In this document: positions 9,973 through 18,258 of the stretch, piece by piece
Position numbering within the stretch: the first letter of the stretch is position 1
How the letters are laid out: each line of letters begins with the position of its first letter
Assembly (NCBI GenBank): GCA_034722055.1
Contig: JAYENL010000248.1
Location: 1 to 33,393 of the forward strand
Direction of reading: 5' to 3'
DNA from: Armatimonadota bacterium
GTDB taxonomy: Bacteria > Armatimonadota > Zipacnadia > Zipacnadales > UBA5352
DNA length: 33,393 bases
Notes under the pieces: model-generated
Told to the model about the DNA's origin: nothing
What the model saw: the letters and a program-made list of their open reading frames with translations, nothing else
Database searches by the model: none
Program-made: the position numbers and the translations under genes

Positions 9973-12099
9973 TCAGTCTCTCCCGCTGGCCTCCAGGAGC
10001 AGATACACGGGGTCCTCCGTCAGCTCCAGGACCGTCCCATGATCGGTGCGCTGAGGGTCCCGCCGGTTCCCCATGATGTCCAGGCACCCGTCGATCTCCC
10101 ATTGCACCGTCGCGCGGACCGGCTCCTTCTCCGTGGTCCACGCCACAACCACATCCCCCTCGCCGGGCCGCTGGAAGCGATAGGCGCGCGCCTGGGTGCC
10201 GATCTGCATCTCGCCCGCGAAGTCGGCCCCCGAAAGCATGCGCGAGAGCACCGCGTAGGCCAGATAGGCCGGCTTGACGGCGCAGTGGAAGTGCTCGTGG
10301 CGGACGATGCCGAAGCTGTGCTCGTTGATGCGGCGGTTCAGGGCATCGTCCTTGAAATCGTACCAGAAGACGCGGTCCACGATGCCAGTGGCGAGCATCT
10401 CCACGATGCTCCTGACGATCATGCGGGCCTGCTTGGGCTCCGGCGACCCGCTGCTGCCCAGATGCGTCGGCCAGCCGATCTCGCTCACCCAGATGGGCTG
10501 GTCGCCGCCATGCCCGGCGATGAGTCGGCCGATGGCGAGCAGCTCGGCCGCCAGGTCCGTCTCCTCGGGGCTGCGCGGGTAGCGGTAGGAGTGGACGGAG
10601 ACGGCGTCCATGTGCTGCAGGGCGCCGCCCTCGAACATGGTCGCGATATGCTCCCGGCCGTGCAGGCTGTGCTCGCCGCCGATGCCGATGACCACCGCGT
10701 CGGGGTTGGCGCGGCGCACAGCCTCCGCCGCCGCGGCCAGCAGCGGCGGGTAGTTCTCCGGCTCATTGCCCGGTCTGTCGCCCATGCCGCAGCCGATGGT
10801 CCACTCGTTCCAGATCTCGAAGTAGCGAATGCGCCCGCGGAAGTGCCTGGCGGTCTCGTAGCAGTAGCGCGCGAAGCCCCCGATGGCCTCCTCGGAGGTG
10901 GGGTAGTTGCCCTCATCGTAGTGCGGGTTGCCGTAGTCCAGGATCAGCAGCGGCTCAATGCCCAGCTCCACGGCCCGGTTGATATACTCGTCCTTGCGCG
11001 GAGGGAACTCGATGGTGCCCTTCTCGCGCTCAACATGCGACCAGGGCACCTCGTCGCGGAGGTACTTGATACCGGCCCTCACCATCATCGGCATCGACGC
11101 CAGTGACCAGTGCTCCCGGTGATAGTGCGTGCAGACGCCGAACGCCGACGTCGCCACGTCGGCGAGGCTCTCCCGCTCCGGCAGCACCCCAAACCTGGCC
11201 TCCAGCGTCTCCAGAAGCTCCCCGTCCGCGATCAGGTCCAGGAGGTACACGAAGTAGCCCCACCGGTCGGCCGTCGTCTCGAGCACGTGCGGCTCGTCCT
11301 CAGCGACGAAGCGGCCGGCGGACAGCTCCTCGCCCCAGAAGTCCTGCAGCCGCCAGGCCACGCGCACCTGCGCGCCGGGAGCATCCGGCCCGCGGCGTAT
11401 GCGGAACGCCACCCGCTCGCCGGGCGCGAACAGGTTGCCGAAGTGGCCCTCGGGCACACTGATCTCGAGCAGGTCCTCAGGCACCTGGCGCTCACGCATG
11501 AGCTGGAGCTCATCCAGCGTCAGGACGCCCTCGCCCGCGTAGCCGTGCTCGGGCTTGTCGAGCACAATCGACCACAGGCGCAGCGGCCGGTCAAGCCGCT
11601 TGTTGCCGTCGCCGCCCCAGGCGTGCGGGGAGCGCTCGATGCTGGTGACGTAGACGTGCCAGTCCTCATCCTCGATGCGCTCGAAGTTCCGCTGGTGGCA
11701 CTCCCCGGAGGCGTCCACAATGCGGACCCGCAGCGATCCGCCACGGCCCTCGCACCTGGCCCACACGCCGACATGTGTGGCCTCATCCGGGATCGCCAGG
11801 TCCGGCGCCACCGCCACGTACTCCAGCCCGTCCTTGCCCACGAACTCAAAGAGCACGGCCAGCGCGGCATCCGGTGTTCGCTCCCGATCCAGCGCGGGAC
11901 GGACGGAGGCACGGGCGTTCTGATCCGTGGCCAGCGCCCGCCAGCGGTCGGGAGAGGTGCAGGGATCGTCGGGAGTGAGGCGGTCGTAGCGGCTCAGCCG
12001 CACCTGTCTGTCGTGCGGTGGGCACTGGATGGTCTCCCACTCGACCTCCGTGGCGTCAGCCGCGACGAGGGCTGTCGCAACCATCAGGATCGTCAGCAC
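9973..12099 (-). CDS. Secreted clan GH-A glycoside hydrolase (GH39/GH5-like) with an N-terminal carbohydrate-binding-like domain
   Basis: GTG at 12099 after GGAAGGGGG. FGVCTH, LRDEVPWSHVE, acid/base motif FEIWNE, DAVSVHSY, nucleophile motif PIWVSEIGW, FWYDF. Confidence 0.78.
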   Translation of the reverse strand: MLTILMVATALVAADATEVEWETIQCPPHDRQVRLSRYDRLTPDDPCTSPDRWRALATDQNARASVRPALDRERTPDAALAVLFEFVGKDGLEYVAVAPDLAIPDEATHVGVWARCEGRGGSLRVRIVDASGECHQRNFERIEDEDWHVYVTSIERSPHAWGGDGNKRLDRPLRLWSIVLDKPEHGYAGEGVLTLDELQLMRERQVPEDLLEISVPEGHFGNLFAPGERVAFRIRRGPDAPGAQVRVAWRLQDFWGEELSAGRFVAEDEPHVLETTADRWGYFVYLLDLIADGELLETLEARFGVLPERESLADVATSAFGVCTHYHREHWSLASMPMMVRAGIKYLRDEVPWSHVEREKGTIEFPPRKDEYINRAVELGIEPLLILDYGNPHYDEGNYPTSEEAIGGFARYCYETARHFRGRIRYFEIWNEWTIGCGMGDRPGNEPENYPPLLAAAAEAVRRANPDAVVIGIGGEHSLHGREHIATMFEGGALQHMDAVSVHSYRYPRSPEETDLAAELLAIGRLIAGHGGDQPIWVSEIGWPTHLGSSGSPEPKQARMIVRSIVEMLATGIVDRVFWYDFKDDALNRRINEHSFGIVRHEHFHCAVKPAYLAYAVLSRMLSGADFAGEMQIGTQARAYRFQRPGEGDVVVAWTTEKEPVRATVQWEIDGCLDIMGNRRDPQRTDHGTVLELTEDPVYLLLEASGRD

Positions 12100-12260
12100 T
12101 GACCGCGCCCCCTTCCATTTCAGGTCTCTTCCGAGGCTCAGTCTACAGTGCTTGCGGTGCGGAGACAACACTTGTTGTGGCAGGCTGCCCACCGCGCAGC
12201 GCACAGTGGGGCCTGTGAGCGCGGCGAGCAAGCCGAAGGCTTCACCCGTACCCACGCCAC

Positions 12261-12304
12261 TGGGAAGCCGGCGCCCTCGCCGGCTTGTGGCGCCCAGCGC
12301 CACT
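12261..12304 (+). repeat. 44-bp double-hairpin REP-like repeat, copy A
   Basis: TGGGAAGCCGGCGCCCTCGCCGGCTTGTGGCGCCCAGCGCCACT; 43/44 identical to the reverse complement of 25374-25417. Confidence 0.8.
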
Positions 12305-12346
12305 CAGCGCGTCGGGCTTGAGCGCATCGCCAGCCGGTCGCCGCCT

Positions 12347-12370
12347 GCGGGCGAGGGCGCCCGCAGCCCA
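12347..12370 (-). repeat. REP-like palindrome, second family
   Basis: Reverse complement TGGGCTGCGGGCGCCCTCGCCCGC; similar to 25435-25458 and 25255-25278. Confidence 0.6.
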
Positions 12371-12489
12371 TGGCATGATGGCGGGAGGCATGATACTGTG
12401 ACCGCGGGCCGCCCGGCCAGTCGTCGGAGGTATCCGGCGGAGCATGGAGAACCGTCGGGTGCTTCATTCCAGGAAGGGAGCCATTGGTG

Positions 12490-13983
12490 ATGACAGGTAT
12501 CGACTACACGGTGGTGGCGGTCTACCTCGCCTTCGTGGCGGCAGTGGGCTTCATCGTCCGCACCAGGATCAAGGGCCTCGAGGACTACTTCGCCGGCGGG
12601 CACAACGTGCCGTGGTGGCTGGCGGCGGTGTCGCATCACATCTCGGGCTACAGCGCCTTCGCCTTCGTCGGCTACGCCAGCGTGGCCTACACGGTGGGAT
12701 TCAACGTCTGGACGCTGTTCGCAGTGCCGTGTTTTGTTGCCATGACCGTAGGCGCCTTCGTGTGGGCGCCGCGGTGGTCCAGGCTGAGGGTGATGACGCC
12801 GGTGGAGTACCTGGAGCGCCGCTTCAACCGCACCGTGCACCAGTTGATCGCCTGGAGCGGCATCGCAGTGAAGTTCGTGGATGAGGGGATGAAGCTGTAC
12901 TCCCTGGGGATCGTGGTCGCGGCCTGCGCGGGTCTGCCCCTGTCGGCCACCATCATTGGCTGCGGCGTGGTGGCGATCCTCTACATCCTCGTGGGCGGCC
13001 TGTGGGCCGAGCTTCTCACCGACTTCAGCCAGTTCATCGTGCAGTTCATCACCACCATCATCCTGGCGGTGGTGGTGCTTGGCGCCATCGGGGGCTGGGA
13101 CAGCATCTGGGCGCAACTGCCGGAGGGCCATTGGGGGCTGTTCAGCGAGAAGTATGACCTGGCGTACATCCTCGTGTTCATGGTCGTGATCACCCTTAGC
13201 TACAACGGCGGCACCTGGGGCCTGGCCCAGCGCTTCTACTCCATCGGCGCTCCCAATGACGCCAAGAAGGCCGCCCTGCTGTCCGCCTCCCTCTATCTCG
13301 TCTATCCCATCATCCTCTACATCCCGGTGTGGGCAGCCCGGCCCCTGATCGGCGAGGTCGCCAACCCGGAGGAGACCTACGCGCTGATGGCGGTGGAGTA
13401 CCTGCCGCCATTGGCCCCGGGCCTGGTGGGGCTGTTCGTGGCCTCGATGTTCGCCGCCACCATGTCCATGGTGGATTCTGACCTCAATGCCCTCGCGGCG
13501 GTCTTCACCAAAGACATCTACCAGCGCACCTTCGACACGGACGCGTCGGAGAAGACGCTGCTGAAGGTCGGTTTGCTGGCGACCGGAGTCCTGGGCGCCA
13601 TCACCATCGCCACGGGCCTGCTGGCCCCGAGCTTCGGCGGCGCCTTCGAGGGGATGATGGACTGGTACGCGGCGGTCCTCGGCCCGGTCTCGGTGCCACT
13701 GCTGTTTGGGATGCTCAATCGCCGGACGAGCTGGCGGGGCGCACTCACCGCCTGGGGAGCGGGGTTCGCGACCTTCGTGCTGCTCAAGTACGGGCTCCCA
13801 CACGTGCTGCCTCAGTTCGCGGTGGAGGGCACACACTGGACGATCTACACCGGCGGCGAGCTGCTCGTGACCTTCGGCGTGTTCCTCCTTGAGGGCTATC
13901 TCACCAAGCTGTCGCCCGACGAGGCCGAGCGCGCGGACGCGCTGATCCAGCAGGTCGGCTCCCGCCAGCAGCCCCAGGCCTGA
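12490..13983 (+). CDS. Sodium:solute symporter (SSS) family transporter
   Basis: SD AGGAAGGGAG; in-frame TTG/GTG/ATG at 12484/12487/12490. Many hydrophobic segments; EDYFAGG..VPWWL, TPVEYLERRF, GGLWAELLTDF, QRF, FAATMSMVDSDLN. Confidence 0.9.
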   Translation: MTGIDYTVVAVYLAFVAAVGFIVRTRIKGLEDYFAGGHNVPWWLAAVSHHISGYSAFAFVGYASVAYTVGFNVWTLFAVPCFVAMTVGAFVWAPRWSRLRVMTPVEYLERRFNRTVHQLIAWSGIAVKFVDEGMKLYSLGIVVAACAGLPLSATIIGCGVVAILYILVGGLWAELLTDFSQFIVQFITTIILAVVVLGAIGGWDSIWAQLPEGHWGLFSEKYDLAYILVFMVVITLSYNGGTWGLAQRFYSIGAPNDAKKAALLSASLYLVYPIILYIPVWAARPLIGEVANPEETYALMAVEYLPPLAPGLVGLFVASMFAATMSMVDSDLNALAAVFTKDIYQRTFDTDASEKTLLKVGLLATGVLGAITIATGLLAPSFGGAFEGMMDWYAAVLGPVSVPLLFGMLNRRTSWRGALTAWGAGFATFVLLKYGLPHVLPQFAVEGTHWTIYTGGELLVTFGVFLLEGYLTKLSPDEAERADALIQQVGSRQQPQA

Positions 13984-14011
13984 TTCGCAGACGATCGCAG
14001 GAGGCGATGCC

Positions 14012-16687
14012 ATGCCACGCATCGAGGCCGCGCTTGTGGTGCTATCACTCCTGATGGCAGGCTGCCACGTCGCCGGCGCGGAACTGGCCACGATCCAGCT
14101 TGACCTGGGCGATTACGCGTCGGCTGATGCCGCCTCGGCGGCGGAGGCTGAGATCGACTGGGCGGACGCCGATCGCGTGGATGACGCCCGCTGCACGCTG
14201 GCCTTCGCGGCCCTGGAGCTGCAGGAGCACCTGCAGCGGCTCTTCGCGGAGGCCGAGGGCGCGCAGGGGCTCTTCCCCATCCGCGACCTGACGGCGGAGG
14301 CCGCCGCCGCGCGCATCGTGCTGGCATGTCCCGAGCTCCGCCCGCCCCCCGATGTCCTGGAGCGGGTCGGGCTGGCCGGGGGGAGCCTGGCGGAGCTCGG
14401 CCCGCAGGCCTTCAGGCTCAAGAGCGCCGGCGACGTGCTGCTGATCTACGGCGGAGGCCGACGGGGGGCGCTCTACGGCGTGTACGAGCTGCTGGAGCGG
14501 CTGGGCGTGCGCTGGTTCGGCCCGGAGCCGCACGATACGCACATCCCTCGGCTGCGGTGGCAGGGGCTGCCGGAGCTTGACCTGCGCGACGAGCCGGCCT
14601 TCGTGACGCGGGGCTTCTGGGCCTGGGAGGACCGCGGGAACCCGGGCTTCTTCGACTGGATGGCGCGCAACCGGCTGAACTTCTGGACCGCTGCCGAAGA
14701 CAACGCTCCGGCGCTGAAGAAGCGGGGGCTGATGCTCACCTGCGGCGGACATCTGCACCAGTCGCGGTTCCTCAATCCCAGAGACCCCTACCCCTACGAC
14801 TACTCGGACTTCGCCGGCGACGACGGGCCCGCCGACCCCTACCCGCACGGTGACTACCGCGGCGATGTCAACGAGGACGGGGTGCTGAGCTACTCCGAGG
14901 CCCACCCGGAATGGTACGGCCTGCGGGATGGGGAGCGCAGCTTCAACATCCATGGCGACGGCGGCGACAACTACTGCACCTCCAATCCCCACGCCACCGC
15001 GGAGCTGATGAAGAACATCGTCCACGCGCTGTCGGTCGGCCAGTGGCGGAATGCCGACAGCATTAACTTCTGGATGCTCGACGGCGGGAGGTGGTGCCAG
15101 TGTGAGAAGTGCAAAGCGCTGGGCACCCCCACGGACCGGAACCTGCTGCTGGTCCACAGGCTCAGGCAGGAGATCGAGCAGGCGCAGGAGGATGGGCGGC
15201 TGCACCGGAACGTGCGCATCTTCTTCCTGGCCTACGCCGACGTGGTGGCGCCGCCCACGCGGCCGCTGCCGGAGGGCTTCGATTACGAGAACTGCATCGC
15301 CACGTTCTTCCCCATCGGCCGCTGCTACGTCCATACGCTCGACGACCCCGCCTGCACCGAGTACAACAGTCGCTACGAGAAGCTCCTGCATGGCTGGGCG
15401 ACGGAACAGCAGCGGCACTACCGCGGCCAGATCTGCGTCGGCGAGTACTACAACATATCCGGCTTCAAGTGTCTGCCCATCAACTTCTTCCAGACCATGC
15501 CCCACGACGTTCGGCACTACCACGAGCGCGGTGCGCGCCATATGCACTACATGCACTGCATCACCCGGAAGCTGGGGACCAGGGCGCTGACGAACTGGCT
15601 CTTCGCCAGGCTGCTGTGGGACCCCGAGCAGGACGAGGAGGCCCTGCTGGCCGACTACCTGCAGGGCCGCTACGGGCCTGTCGCCGGGGAGATGCGAGAG
15701 GTCCACGCGGATCTGCACACCGCGCTGTCGAACGCCACGGAGCTGAAGTACCGGCTCTCCCGCCGCATCTCGGGCGGCGCCGAGGACCTCTTCAGCAACC
15801 GGCACATGAGCTATGAGCCCAGCCAGCCCGAGACCAACGATGGCCCGGACTTTCTGGAGATGCTGCAGGCCGCCGAGGCCGCGTCCAGCCGGGTCCGGAG
15901 CGCGCTGGAGACCGAGGACCTGCCCCCGCCCGTCGAGCAGCGACTGCGTGAGGACCTGCAGCCCATCGAGTACGCCCGGGCGCTGCTGCACTTCTACGAC
16001 GAAGTGATCACCACCATGTGGCTGCAGCGGGACGGCCAGCAGGAGCGCGCCCGCGAGCGCTTCGCCGAGGCCGCCGTCTGGCAGGATGCGCTGGAGGCGG
16101 TGGTGGAGCCGGTGGCCCACTCGTCATCCCATGCCTCCGCCGCCAACGGCTTCCAGGCCAGCTACATCAGCCAGGCCTGGCATCGCCTCATGCTGGAGTA
16201 TGGGGAGGCGCTGATCGAGCCGGTGGTCTTCGACGCCGGTGGCGGGGCGGTGGCGGTGACCGGGGATCGCTTCAGCGGGGGCGGAGCGCTGAGATACGGC
16301 AACACGCTCAACGTGGGCGGCGGATCGCTCTCCACGCACGCCAACTTCGTCTACGCCGCCAGTCAGTCCCCTTATGACCGGATGAAGCTGGTGGTGCAGG
16401 TGACCGAGGAGCCGGCCGCCGACCTGGAGATGGTCATCACGGGAACCATCGCGCCGCGGGGCGATGAGCCCGTGCCCATCGCCATCGCGTGGAACGAGGA
16501 GAGCCTCTTCGAGGGTCCGGCGCCCTTCGAGGCGGTGAAGCTCAGTCAGCATAGCTTCAGCATCCCGCGGGCGGCGGTGGAGGCTGGGAAGAACTCTCTG
16601 ACGGTCAGATGCACGGTGCCCGAGGGCCCGACAGGCAATCGCCCCTGGTTCGGCATCGACAGCCTGACGCTGCAGCTTCAGCAGTAG
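14012..16687 (+). CDS. Secreted DUF4838-family protein
   Basis: SD AGGAGG. ALYGVYELLERLGVRWFGP, PAFVTRGFW, DWMARNRLN, HPEWYGL, YCTSNP, WCQCEKC, LLWDP. Confidence 0.78.
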   Translation: MPRIEAALVVLSLLMAGCHVAGAELATIQLDLGDYASADAASAAEAEIDWADADRVDDARCTLAFAALELQEHLQRLFAEAEGAQGLFPIRDLTAEAAAARIVLACPELRPPPDVLERVGLAGGSLAELGPQAFRLKSAGDVLLIYGGGRRGALYGVYELLERLGVRWFGPEPHDTHIPRLRWQGLPELDLRDEPAFVTRGFWAWEDRGNPGFFDWMARNRLNFWTAAEDNAPALKKRGLMLTCGGHLHQSRFLNPRDPYPYDYSDFAGDDGPADPYPHGDYRGDVNEDGVLSYSEAHPEWYGLRDGERSFNIHGDGGDNYCTSNPHATAELMKNIVHALSVGQWRNADSINFWMLDGGRWCQCEKCKALGTPTDRNLLLVHRLRQEIEQAQEDGRLHRNVRIFFLAYADVVAPPTRPLPEGFDYENCIATFFPIGRCYVHTLDDPACTEYNSRYEKLLHGWATEQQRHYRGQICVGEYYNISGFKCLPINFFQTMPHDVRHYHERGARHMHYMHCITRKLGTRALTNWLFARLLWDPEQDEEALLADYLQGRYGPVAGEMREVHADLHTALSNATELKYRLSRRISGGAEDLFSNRHMSYEPSQPETNDGPDFLEMLQAAEAASSRVRSALETEDLPPPVEQRLREDLQPIEYARALLHFYDEVITTMWLQRDGQQERARERFAEAAVWQDALEAVVEPVAHSSSHASAANGFQASYISQAWHRLMLEYGEALIEPVVFDAGGGAVAVTGDRFSGGGALRYGNTLNVGGGSLSTHANFVYAASQSPYDRMKLVVQVTEEPAADLEMVITGTIAPRGDEPVPIAIAWNEESLFEGPAPFEAVKLSQHSFSIPRAAVEAGKNSLTVRCTVPEGPTGNRPWFGIDSLTLQLQQ

Positions 16688-16711
16688 TCCGGCCGGCGCG
16701 CCTGGTCCCGA

Positions 16712-18070
16712 TCACTCGAAGCGCCACGGCGAGACCGGCGGCCCGGCAGAGGTGACCTCCTCCACGTAGCAGCCCGTCTGCGGAGCCGGCTGTGCGCCGT
16801 GGTGCTCGTCGCTGTGCAGGATCCGGTAGGCCAGGAGGGCATGCCACCGCCCGTCGGCCAGCCGCACCACCGCCGCCGACGGATGGTCCACCATCCATCG
16901 CGAGTCCTCTCCTGGGGAGCCGAACTGCGCTGGGGCGTCGCGAATCGTGATCGGCTCCTCGACCTCGGTGCGCTCGGGATTGAGTGGCCAGAGCTGCAGT
17001 ACCTCCCGGCCGCTGCCCAGCAGGTTGGCGCCGATGAACGGCGTGCCGTCCGCCGCCCGGCCAATCGACACCGGAGCCTGGTGGCGCGCATCCTGGACGT
17101 CGATGACCAGCCGCCACTCCGACGTGCCCCGTGCGCGCCGCCACACTCGGACCTCATTCGACGGCGCCTCGCCGTAACCGCGCGCCGAGAACAGCAGCGC
17201 CCCGTCCACATCGCGCACCATGCTCGGCTCCGTCCAGGACTCGCCGGCCGGACTGACCGGCGAGAAGGCCAGCGGCCGCCAGACGCCATCCGAGCGCTGC
17301 CAGCGGGCGACGCCGCAGCGCTGCACGGTGCCATCGTAGGCCAGCACCGGCTGCAGCAGGTCGTCGCCGTCGGGAATGGCGTTGGTGATGCCGGGCGCGA
17401 CGATGCTCCACCCCGACTCCCCGACCCGGGGATGCGTCTCCCCCTCCAGCCCGGACTGGCTGCGGACCGAGTGGAAGTGCGCTCCGTCGTAGCTGAGCTG
17501 GTGCACCTCGGTGCGATGGATGCGCTCGGTGTCCCAGCCGAAGTATCCGTCCTCGTTGACGGGGAAAGAGATCGCTTGGCAGATGCCGAAGCCCGTGCCA
17601 GCGTCTGGGTGCGGCGAGCCGTCCTCTTGCAGGGCCCCCACCGGCACGAACCCGCCGATGACGGGATACTTCACGATGATGCGCGGACCCAGCTCCGGGT
17701 GCTGGCGGCGCTCATTCCGGGAGATGGGCGTGGCGTCCTCGGCGCTGATGTGTCCGAGGTGGTCGAAGATGACCACATCGGTTCCAGCCTCGAAGTCATA
17801 GACCGGGACGCCCTCCACGCGCAGGTTGCAGAAGAGGGCGGCCTCCGTGGCCGAGAGCTGAAACGGGAAGCCGAGGCCATAGCGAAGCGTCTCGCCCTCG
17901 GGCGCCTCGGTCGGTACGGTCAGATCCGCGTCGCTGGCAGTCACGCCGGTGATGCCCATCTCATTCCCCTCCTGTGCCGTGGCCTGCGCGACGCCGACAT
18001 GGGCCACCGCCGCACAGAGCGCTCCAAGCGCGAGCTGGCGTGCCGTCACGTGGGGGACTGCGCGATACAT
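16712..18070 (-). CDS. Hypothetical secreted protein, possibly a sialidase-like beta-propeller
   Basis: 452-aa ORF with a signal-peptide-like N-terminus (LALGALCAAVAHVGVAQATA). SWTEPSMVRDVDGALLFSARG resembles sialidase-propeller EP..V...DG.LL..R motifs. Alternative ATG at 17959. Confidence 0.6.
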   Translation of the reverse strand: MYRAVPHVTARQLALGALCAAVAHVGVAQATAQEGNEMGITGVTASDADLTVPTEAPEGETLRYGLGFPFQLSATEAALFCNLRVEGVPVYDFEAGTDVVIFDHLGHISAEDATPISRNERRQHPELGPRIIVKYPVIGGFVPVGALQEDGSPHPDAGTGFGICQAISFPVNEDGYFGWDTERIHRTEVHQLSYDGAHFHSVRSQSGLEGETHPRVGESGWSIVAPGITNAIPDGDDLLQPVLAYDGTVQRCGVARWQRSDGVWRPLAFSPVSPAGESWTEPSMVRDVDGALLFSARGYGEAPSNEVRVWRRARGTSEWRLVIDVQDARHQAPVSIGRAADGTPFIGANLLGSGREVLQLWPLNPERTEVEEPITIRDAPAQFGSPGEDSRWMVDHPSAAVVRLADGRWHALLAYRILHSDEHHGAQPAPQTGCYVEEVTSAGPPVSPWRFE

Positions 18071-18258
18071 GTTTTGCCTCCGAGCTCATGCCGGTCGCGG
18101 CGCCTGTGTCTTCGGTCCCCGGGCCGCACGGACCTTGTCGGACGCCGCTCGCTGCTTGGGGATCGCGGAAAGACTGCGCTTCTTACAGAGAGGTCTCGGC
18201 CTGTGTGCGGCAAACCTTCACGGACACTATCCAGTCCACCCGCGCCGGGGTGCCTGCC

